The notes under the pieces: model-generated | What the model saw: only the letters and a program-made list of their open reading frames with translations | Told to the model about the DNA's origin: nothing | Databases searched by the model: none | Shown here: piece by piece, positions 56,696 to 64,000 of the stretch | How the letters are laid out: each line of letters starts with the position of its first letter | Position numbering within the stretch: the stretch's first letter is position 1 | Position numbers and translations under genes: made by a program | Source: a virus | Reading direction: 5' to 3' (one strand) | Virus record (IMG/VR): IMGVR_UViG_3300042520_001767 | Location: 32,001-96,000 of that record | DNA: 64,000 bases

Positions 56696-57385
56696 ATGAA
56701 ACTTTACAATTTATATCAAAACATTATATTAGAAGATATTATTAGGTTAACACAACTAAATGAAGATGTATCACCTAATGATGTTGATGGAGTTTTAAAT
56801 GGTGATAACGGAAAATTTTACCATGTTTCATTTCTTTATAAAGATGAAAAAGGTAACCTATCTAATAGGTGGGTTCAATTATACCAAAGAAATATATCAA
56901 CAGCTAATAATGGTTTAATTGATGCGTTTCAAGTTTCTAGAGATGGAAAAACAAGTGGTTTAAATAGTAGAACTGGTAAAGAAGAAAACTTTACTGGTTG
57001 GAGAAAATTTAGACTAGATAGAATAAGTGACTTTAAAGTTTCTAAAGTCCCATTCTATCAACCACAAGGTGGTTTTAATAAAACAGGTAATAATTCACCA
57101 ACAGTTCAAAGTACACAAAAAATAGCATCAGTTGGTTCTTATCAATATGCTGATTCTACTTTGAAAAACAATAAATATGTAGGTAAAAAAGTTCAAAAAT
57201 TAAATAAACCAGAACCAGATGTTAAAAAACCAATGGTTAATAAATTAAATAAAAAAGAACCTGTATCACAACAACCAATGGTTAATAAAGTAAATAAAAA
57301 TGAACCAATTGTTCCATTACAACAAAATAATCAACAACCAGAAATGGATGATGATTTAGAAAATAAAGATGAAATAAACAAATAA
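56696..57385 (+). CDS. WYL-domain-like protein
   Basis: VSFLY...NRWV...WRKFRLDRI (56999-57025) matches the WYL RxFRxDRI signature; low-complexity C-terminal tail. Confidence 0.6.
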   Translation: MKLYNLYQNIILEDIIRLTQLNEDVSPNDVDGVLNGDNGKFYHVSFLYKDEKGNLSNRWVQLYQRNISTANNGLIDAFQVSRDGKTSGLNSRTGKEENFTGWRKFRLDRISDFKVSKVPFYQPQGGFNKTGNNSPTVQSTQKIASVGSYQYADSTLKNNKYVGKKVQKLNKPEPDVKKPMVNKLNKKEPVSQQPMVNKVNKNEPIVPLQQNNQQPEMDDDLENKDEINK

Positions 57386-57388
57386 AAT

Positions 57389-57973
57389 ATGGATTCACCA
57401 GCACCAGTAAATTTAGCGGCATTAAAAGGTATTTTAGCCAACGCTAAAAAAGTTATGAATAAAGTAGAGGAAACAAATCCTAAAGGTAGTAAACAACCAG
57501 TAAGAGAAAGTTATGACGATGGTTATTCTAATCAACCGATGTATAACGAAATAGACGAGAGAGAACCAGTATATGAAAATTTTACACCTACCACTCCATC
57601 CCGAATGCAACCTCAAATGTATACATCTGAACAAGTTATGGCATCAAATTTACCGTTAGCGGTAAAAGAAGCAATGATTAAAAGTCCAATACCACAATTA
57701 CAAGGACCACCATCTAAATTTAGTTTAGAAGATTTAGGTGATTTAATAGAAAAACCTAAAAATAAGTATAATTCACCTGGTGTTCCAATACATGAATCTA
57801 GTGGTAATTACAAACAACAAATATCTATTGACCCTAATATGTTAAAAGATATGATTAAAGAAGCAGTTGCTGAGTATTTTAAAGAATCTCACGATAAACA
57901 GATTACCGAACAAGCAATTAAAAAAACAATAAATGTTTTAATAAAAGAAGGTAAAATACAAACAAAAAAATAA
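57389..57973 (+). CDS. Hypothetical protein (194 aa), possible internal head protein
   Basis: VRES, IHES, ITEQ and LIKEG motifs; last gene before a terminator. Confidence 0.6.
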   Translation: MDSPAPVNLAALKGILANAKKVMNKVEETNPKGSKQPVRESYDDGYSNQPMYNEIDEREPVYENFTPTTPSRMQPQMYTSEQVMASNLPLAVKEAMIKSPIPQLQGPPSKFSLEDLGDLIEKPKNKYNSPGVPIHESSGNYKQQISIDPNMLKDMIKEAVAEYFKESHDKQITEQAIKKTINVLIKEGKIQTKK

Positions 57974-57981
57974 AAACAATC

Positions 57982-58007
57982 AAAAAGGGCTTTTTAGTCC
58001 TTTTTTT
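57982..58007 (+). terminator. Terminator hairpin
   Basis: AAAAAGGGCT-tttt-AGTCCTTTTTTT. Confidence 0.65.
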
Positions 58008-58070
58008 ATTTACTAATATTTTAAATTAATTATATTTGAATATTAATAAAAAGTTTTTAAATAAAAATTT

Positions 58071-60443
58071 ATGAAAAAATTAAAAGTACTAGTAGTACCT
58101 AGTGACAGAACTGGTGTTGGAGCATTTCGCTCTATAAACCCACATTTAGCTTTAGAAAAAAATTACTCAGATGAATTTATGGTACACATAGATTATGAAC
58201 CTCAAATAGATAATGATGAATGGTTAAAACAATACGACATTATTCATTACCATAGAACACTAGGTCATTACAATCAAATGCCTCAATTATTAGAAAGAAC
58301 CAAAAAATTAGGTATTGTGACTATTATGGATTTGGATGATTATTGGTCACCTGGTCCACATCACCCAGCTTATTATCTAATAAAAGAAGCTGGAATTGAT
58401 AAGATGATTTTAGATAATATTAAAATTGCTGAAAATGTAACAACAACAACAACCTTATTCGCAGAAGAGATTAAAAAATACAATAAAAATGTTCATGTGT
58501 TAGCTAATGCTATTGACCCAAGTGAAAAACAATTTACACCTAATTTAGAACCATCAAATGGTCGTATTAGAATTGGATGGTTAGGTGGTTCTTGTATGAG
58601 CCCAGACACTGAGATTTTAACTAATCAAGGTTGGAAACGATTTGATGCGTTAGACCAAAGTGAAACTGTTGCGACATTAAATCCTAGCACAAATAAATTA
58701 GAATATCATAAACCAACTGGGTATATATGTGAACCATTTGAGGGTGAATTAAACTGTGCTAAAAATGGTTTAGTTGAATATGAAGTCACACCAAACCATA
58801 ATATGTATGCTTCAGTTGCTAAATCATTAACACATAAAAAATTAAATTTAGAATTAATTCAATCTGAAAAAATACATGGTAAAAATTTCCATGTTAAAAA
58901 AGATGCATTATGGATTGGTAAAGAAGAAGAATATTTTGTTTTACCTATGTTAAATGAATACACTGAACTAGAAGAAAACGAAAGTTACATTGATAGATTA
59001 ATTTCTAAAAAACGTTATAATGGATTATCTGAAAAATATGGTTCTGATAAGCGTATTGACATGGATAATTGGTTAGCGTTTTTTGGGTTTTGGATGGCTG
59101 AGGGTTGGACAACTAAAACAAATGGTTTACACCAAGTAGGTATAGCACAAACAAAAGATAATGGATACCTATCACATATGTATGAATTATTAGTTAACAT
59201 GGGTTTCAACCCAACATACACAAAAGATAAACAACAAGTTAGAGTTTTTGATAAACAATTATGGGATTATTTATCAAATTTTGGTGGTGCTCATGATAAA
59301 TTTATACCTCAAGAAGTTTTAGAATTATCTCCAAGACAATTAACAATATTTTTAGAATGGTTCATTAAAGGTGATGGTCATATTGAAAATAATAAATATA
59401 CTAGAACTAGAGCATTTACTTGTTCACCTTCATTAGCAAATAACTTACAAGAAATTGCGTTAAAAATTGGTATTTCAGCTACAATAACAAATAGAGGAAA
59501 AAGAACTAGTGAAATTAAAGGTAGAGTAATTAAATCACAATATGACTCTTTAGTAATTAATTTTACTAAACACCATAGTGTTAGTAAACATAATAAAAAC
59601 ACACCATTAATCAAAACTGAAGACCAATATAATAAATACTATAAAGGTAATGTTTATTGTGTTGAAGTTCAAAATCATATTATTTATGTTAGAAGAAACG
59701 GTAAAGCTATGTGGATTGGTAATTCCCATTTAAAAGATTTACAGATACTTAATGGTGTTGTTGGTAAACTTAGAGGTGATGGTTTATTAGACAAAGTACA
59801 GTTTGTGTTATGTGGTTTTGATACTAGAGGTACACATACCGAAATTGACCAAAAAACTGGACAACAAAAAACTAGACAAATCAAACCTATTGAAAGTGTT
59901 TGGTATCAATATGAAAAAATATTTACTGATGATTATAAAACGATTAGTTCAGAATATAAAGATTTTCTAATGAAATTTACACCAAATTCTGAATATGAAA
60001 ATGTTTCTAACGAACCTTATAGACGTGTTTGGACAAAATCAATCTCCACTTACGCATCAAATTATAATTTATTTGATATATCATTAGCACCAATTGAAGA
60101 CAACATCTTCAACAAAGTTAAAAGTCAATTAAAAGTTATTGAAGCTGGTTTCCACAATAAAGCTATTATTGCTCAAGATTTCGGTCCATATCAGATTGAC
60201 GTTAAAAATGCTGTTAAGTTTGGTGGTGGGTTTGATTTAGAGGCTAATGGAATTCTGGTTGACCCTAAAAAAAACAATAAGGACTGGTATACAGCTATTA
60301 AAAAATTAATTCAAAATCCAGACGTAGTTACAACCCTACAAGAAAATTTACATAATACAGTAAAAGATACTTATTCAATCAATAAAGTAACTGAACAAAG
60401 AAGAGAATTGTATTTGGATTTATATAAAAAATTAAAAAAATAA
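58071..60443 (+). CDS. GT-B (family 4-like) glycosyltransferase with intein
   Basis: IMDLDDYW, VLANAID, RIGWLGGS|SHLKDL, DISLAPI...FNKVKSQLKVIEAG. Confidence 0.8.
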   Translation: MKKLKVLVVPSDRTGVGAFRSINPHLALEKNYSDEFMVHIDYEPQIDNDEWLKQYDIIHYHRTLGHYNQMPQLLERTKKLGIVTIMDLDDYWSPGPHHPAYYLIKEAGIDKMILDNIKIAENVTTTTTLFAEEIKKYNKNVHVLANAIDPSEKQFTPNLEPSNGRIRIGWLGGSCMSPDTEILTNQGWKRFDALDQSETVATLNPSTNKLEYHKPTGYICEPFEGELNCAKNGLVEYEVTPNHNMYASVAKSLTHKKLNLELIQSEKIHGKNFHVKKDALWIGKEEEYFVLPMLNEYTELEENESYIDRLISKKRYNGLSEKYGSDKRIDMDNWLAFFGFWMAEGWTTKTNGLHQVGIAQTKDNGYLSHMYELLVNMGFNPTYTKDKQQVRVFDKQLWDYLSNFGGAHDKFIPQEVLELSPRQLTIFLEWFIKGDGHIENNKYTRTRAFTCSPSLANNLQEIALKIGISATITNRGKRTSEIKGRVIKSQYDSLVINFTKHHSVSKHNKNTPLIKTEDQYNKYYKGNVYCVEVQNHIIYVRRNGKAMWIGNSHLKDLQILNGVVGKLRGDGLLDKVQFVLCGFDTRGTHTEIDQKTGQQKTRQIKPIESVWYQYEKIFTDDYKTISSEYKDFLMKFTPNSEYENVSNEPYRRVWTKSISTYASNYNLFDISLAPIEDNIFNKVKSQLKVIEAGFHNKAIIAQDFGPYQIDVKNAVKFGGGFDLEANGILVDPKKNNKDWYTAIKKLIQNPDVVTTLQENLHNTVKDTYSINKVTEQRRELYLDLYKKLKK
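58593..59723 (+). mobile_element. 377-aa intein with LAGLIDADG endonuclease
   Basis: GGS|CMSPDTEILTNQGW...VYCVEV...IYVRRNGKAMWIGN|SH: Cys1, Gly-Asn end, Ser+1; FFGFWMAEG and WFIKGDG motifs. Confidence 0.9.
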
Positions 60444-60446
60444 AGG

Positions 60447-60477
60447 TTGATTTATTGGTTTTTTGTTAGTATATTTG
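60447..60477 (+). promoter_or_regulatory. Bacteroidota-type promoter
   Basis: TTG-N20-TATATTTG, 32 nt before the HD-like gene. Confidence 0.7.
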
Positions 60478-60508
60478 TATTAATAATAATAAACAAAAAA
60501 CCAATATA

Positions 60509-61072
60509 ATGCCTTTAGAACAAGAAAAAATTGTTGCAAATACTAAGAAGTATTTCGACACAACTACAAAACTTGGGTTTATGACTGAAGACCTAATCAA
60601 ATTTTTAGGTGAATCTTTTATCAAAGCTCCAGCTTCAACTATGACAGACCTATACAACGCTTTTGAGGGTGGTCTTATCGACCATCTATTAAGAGTTACT
60701 TCTTATGCTGTTAAATTTAATAACGCCTTACCAGAAGAAGAAAAGGTAGACCAAAACTCATTAATAAAAGTTTGTCTTTTACACCAAATCGGTAAAGCTA
60801 ATCTTTACAAACCATGTGAATCAGAATGGCATAGAAAAAACCAAGGTAAAATGTATGAATTTAATTCCGATGTCTCATCTATGAGAGTAGGTGAGAGAAG
60901 TGTATATTACGCTATGTCTCATGGTGTTAAATTTACCGAAGAAGAATATAGTGCTATTTTAAATTTTGATAAAAATGATGATAAAATGTCGGAGTATCAT
61001 AACTCAACTGTTGGTGATTTATTAAAAACGGCTGCGTTGTTTGCTATTAAAAATGAAAAAAATAAAAAATAA
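60509..61072 (+). CDS. HD-superfamily-like protein with HQ in place of HD
   Basis: APAS...AFEGGLIDHLLRV...LLHQIGK. Confidence 0.6.
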   Translation: MPLEQEKIVANTKKYFDTTTKLGFMTEDLIKFLGESFIKAPASTMTDLYNAFEGGLIDHLLRVTSYAVKFNNALPEEEKVDQNSLIKVCLLHQIGKANLYKPCESEWHRKNQGKMYEFNSDVSSMRVGERSVYYAMSHGVKFTEEEYSAILNFDKNDDKMSEYHNSTVGDLLKTAALFAIKNEKNKK

Positions 61073-61073
61073 T

Positions 61074-61643
61074 ATGGATTTATTAGATAAAATGAGAGAA
61101 AAAGTCTTATTATTAGCAGACTTAGAAAGTGGTTACACACAAGAAGACTTCGATAAAGAATTCAACACAATTAATGTTGACGATTATTCACATAAAATTA
61201 AATTAGCTTTTAAAAATGAATCAAATAATCCAGACCCAGAATACGCAACCGCTGGGTCATCTGGGTTTGATTTGAGAGCTAATCTAGAATCACCTATTGT
61301 ACTAGAAAGTGGTGAATATAAATTAATTAAAACTGGTCTTTATTTTGAAATTCCAAACAATATGGAGATAACAATCAGGTCACGTAGTGGTTTAGCATAT
61401 AAACATGGTATTGCCGTTCTTAATGGGATTGGTACTATTGACAGTGATTACACAGGTGAAATAGGTGTTTTATTAATAAACCACGGCAAAGAAAATTTTA
61501 TAATTGAACACGGTGATAGAATTGCTCAAGGTGTTTTATCTAGCGTTATTGGTAAAAATTTAATTAATCTAAAAAAAATAGATAATATTAATGAAAACAC
61601 TGAACGTGGTTCTGGTGGGTTTGGTAGTTCGGGGGTTAAATAA
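61074..61643 (+). CDS. dut: Trimeric dUTPase
   Basis: All five motifs present: AGSSGFDL, RSRSGLA, GTIDSDYTGEI, GDRIAQ, RGSGGFGSSG. Start moved from 61041 to ATG 61074. Confidence 0.95.
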   Translation: MDLLDKMREKVLLLADLESGYTQEDFDKEFNTINVDDYSHKIKLAFKNESNNPDPEYATAGSSGFDLRANLESPIVLESGEYKLIKTGLYFEIPNNMEITIRSRSGLAYKHGIAVLNGIGTIDSDYTGEIGVLLINHGKENFIIEHGDRIAQGVLSSVIGKNLINLKKIDNINENTERGSGGFGSSGVK

Positions 61644-61703
61644 ATTAAACCTTTTAGTTTTTATGTTGTATTTATTACTATAACATAAGATAAAACAATA
61701 ATT

Positions 61704-62390
61704 ATGAGTTACGGTCAATGGGTAGTAAACGAAGAAATGACATTTAATGAATTTGGTTATAATTCTAATGAATTAAGTGATGGTAGTAATAAACCAGTAA
61801 AGTGTGTGTGTTCTGAATGTGGTGTAATTGGGAATAAAATATATAGACGTTCAACAGCTAAACATAGGTGTAAAACGATAATAGATGGTAAAAAGAAATG
61901 TTTTAAGTGTAAAAACTTTAAAAATGTTGAAGAGTTTTCTAAAAATAAATCAACATTTGATGGTTATCAAAAATGTTGTAAAGATTGTTTTAGTAATTAT
62001 AGTTCAGTTAAAAACGGGTATATAAAAAAAACTATAAAATATAAAACTAATTTATATACTTACTTTCAAACAAAAACATCTCAACTTAAATCAAAATCTA
62101 TTTTTAAAAATATGGACTTTGATTTAACAAGTGGTTTTTTATTAGAATTATACGAAAAACAAAATAAAAAATGTTTTTTTACTAATATAGAAATTAAACA
62201 TAATACTGGGTGTCATCAATATGATAGTATAAGCGTAGAACGTTTAGACCCTAATAAAGGTTATACTAAAGATAATGTTGTATTAGCGGCTTTTAACATA
62301 AATTCATTTAAAGGTATGATGAATGAAGTTGAATTTAAGGAATATTTAGATATTATCATCCCAAAATTGATAGAATATAAAAATAATTAA
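61704..62390 (+). CDS. HNH/His-Me-finger-like free-standing endonuclease
   Basis: CxxC pairs; LYEKQNKKCFFT...SISVERLDPNKGYTKDNV...N. Confidence 0.65.
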   Translation: MSYGQWVVNEEMTFNEFGYNSNELSDGSNKPVKCVCSECGVIGNKIYRRSTAKHRCKTIIDGKKKCFKCKNFKNVEEFSKNKSTFDGYQKCCKDCFSNYSSVKNGYIKKTIKYKTNLYTYFQTKTSQLKSKSIFKNMDFDLTSGFLLELYEKQNKKCFFTNIEIKHNTGCHQYDSISVERLDPNKGYTKDNVVLAAFNINSFKGMMNEVEFKEYLDIIIPKLIEYKNN

Positions 62391-62404
62391 AATTAAAATA
62401 AAAT

Positions 62405-62638
62405 ATGATTACAGTAATATATTGTACAAGACAATCAAACCCAGAACATAGAGAACATCTCATAAAGTCATCTGGTCTTCATAAACACATTTTTGATGGA
62501 ATGCGACATTATAAAAGTGTCAAACATTTCGGTGGTGATAAAATATTTGTTGAGCAGCAATTAAAAGATAAAATTAAATCAGATTATTGTATTAAAAATA
62601 ATATTAAACTGATTAAAATAAAAGAAAAAATAAAATAA
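62405..62638 (+). pseudogene. Chimeric ORF: glycosyltransferase N-terminus fused to an endonuclease C-terminus
   Basis: Residues 1-26 match the 62666 gene at 18/26. The rest (FDGMRHYKSVKHFGG...KDKIKSDYCIKNNIKLIKI) matches the tail of 34800..35882. Confidence 0.75.
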
Positions 62639-62665
62639 CGAAATATTAAAAAAAGAATTAAACTT

Positions 62666-64000
62666 ATGATAACAGTTATTTTTAGCACTAGGGAACCTAA
62701 CCCAAAACATGTTGAACACATTAAAAAAAGTTCTGGTTTACACAATAAAATTGAAGTCTTGGAATTCATCAATAATAACGACCCTAATTCAAAATATTAT
62801 AATGGTGGTGAATCATTAACGAAATTATATAATCGTGGTTTGAAACAAGCCAAAAACGATATCGTAGTTTTTTGTCATGATGATATAAAAATTAAAAGTA
62901 AGAATTGGGGTGTTAGATTGATAAACCATTTCAATGATACTGATTATGGTATTTTAGGTGTTGCTGGTACGACTCATTTAAGTAATAGTGGTAGATGGTG
63001 GGATAACCCACAATTTATGGTTGGTAATGTTGAACACAGACACGAAGGTAAAACATGGTTATCTAAATATTCTAAAAATGTTGGTGAGAATGTAATAAAA
63101 ACTGTTATAGTTGATGGTTTATTTTTTGCTGTTAATAAAAATAAGTTAAAACATAATTTTGATGAAACAGTTTCTGGTTTTCACTTTTATGATGTTGATT
63201 TTTCTTTTAGGAACCATATAGAAGGTGTTAAAGTTGGTGTAGTTTCTAACATAAGAATATTGCATAAATCAATAGGTGTAACAAATGAAGAATGGGAAAA
63301 AAATAGAATTTCATTTAGTGCTAAATGGTCTGATAAATTACCCACAGCTATACAAGGCGACATTTTTTATGAAGATATTAAAATACAAATTAAAAACCAA
63401 CCAAAATTAGGTATAATAATATTAAATAAATCTAATAATTATTTGTTATTTAAATGCCTTTCTTCAATAATTGATAAAACTAAGTATGAAAATTATAAAA
63501 TATACATTGGGGATACTGGTTCAACTGAAGACGAACTAAAAGAAATTAATAAATTTATCGGTGATAATAATAAAATTTCATTGTATAACATAGGTATTTA
63601 TAATTTTGGTCGTAATAATAATAAAATAGTAAAAAATATAATAGATAAAGATACTGAATTAATTTTGTTTTCAAATAACGACATTGAATTAATTAATGAT
63701 TCAATATCTATTATGGTTCAAAAATATATATTAACTAAAAATATAGTAGGAACTATAGGTTGTAGGTTATACTACCCAAATAAATTAATTCAACATGCTG
63801 GTATCAGTATGATGGTTAATAAGAGGAATCAATTTTTTCTTTCACATGTTGGTATAAATACATATTATCGTTATGGTGAAGATGAAGAAGTGGTTGGTTC
63901 TACTGGTGCTTTTTTAATGATATCTAAAAATTTATTTAATAATATTGGTGGGTTTAATGAAAACTATTTAGAATGTTTTGAGGATGTAGAATTAAATATC
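62666..64000 (+). CDS. Two-domain family 2 glycosyltransferase (runs off window end)
   Basis: Not in the ORF track. MITVIFSTRE...YNRGLKQAKNDIVVFCHDD...GVAGT...VDGLF...FHFYDVDF, then a second GT-A domain: IGDTGS...LFSNNDI...IQHAG...GAFLMI...GGFNE...FEDVE. Confidence 0.85.
   Translation, partial: MITVIFSTREPNPKHVEHIKKSSGLHNKIEVLEFINNNDPNSKYYNGGESLTKLYNRGLKQAKNDIVVFCHDDIKIKSKNWGVRLINHFNDTDYGILGVAGTTHLSNSGRWWDNPQFMVGNVEHRHEGKTWLSKYSKNVGENVIKTVIVDGLFFAVNKNKLKHNFDETVSGFHFYDVDFSFRNHIEGVKVGVVSNIRILHKSIGVTNEEWEKNRISFSAKWSDKLPTAIQGDIFYEDIKIQIKNQPKLGIIILNKSNNYLLFKCLSSIIDKTKYENYKIYIGDTGSTEDELKEINKFIGDNNKISLYNIGIYNFGRNNNKIVKNIIDKDTELILFSNNDIELINDSISIMVQKYILTKNIVGTIGCRLYYPNKLIQHAGISMMVNKRNQFFLSHVGINTYYRYGEDEEVVGSTGAFLMISKNLFNNIGGFNENYLECFEDVELNI

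Noticed and set aside
60509-61643. 2-aminoadenine (Z-genome) cluster
   Set aside because: No PurZ or MazZ in view, the HD-like protein lacks the HD aspartate, and the dUTPase is an ordinary trimeric type.
1460-62772. Antisense or alternate-frame ORFs in the track (e.g. 1460..1792, 7474..7737, 7807..8184, 14570..14884, 35631..35909, 47639..47977, 48098..48427, 52642..52992, 62584..62772)
   Set aside because: They lie wholly or largely within longer well-supported genes, have shadow-like composition and lack motifs or promoters.

Overview
A 64-kb piece of a very AT-rich, large contractile-tailed (myovirus-type, distantly T4-like) phage genome in the standard genetic code. Most of the window is a minus-strand virion module: baseplate genes, tape measure, tail-assembly chaperone pair, tail tube, tail sheath, neck/terminator proteins and about a dozen tail-fibre/adhesin genes. 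Interleaved are an intein-containing SNF2 helicase, glutaredoxin, family B DNA polymerase, a WYL-like protein, an intein-containing glycosyltransferase, an HD-like protein, dUTPase and a partial GT2 gene. TTG-N19-21-TAnnTTTG promoters and a secreted beta-barrel-like protein point to a Bacteroidota host. Endonuclease load is heavy: 5 free-standing genes, 2 LAGLIDADG inteins and at least 4 remnants. The main unexplained pattern is a set of cassettes that sit inside gene ends and leave a second, diverged copy of that end. There are two clear C-terminal cases with 61-65 nt direct repeats (helicase, Hef-like nuclease), one N-terminal case (GT2) and one tentative antisense-overprinted case (glutaredoxin). 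Also notable: a probable +1/-2 programmed frameshift on a T7 run in the tail chaperone, an intein in a glycosyltransferase, and a late-promoter candidate that is the reverse complement of the T4 late promoter. All family assignments come from motif recognition, not database searches. No tRNA, rRNA, CRISPR array or reverse transcriptase was seen.
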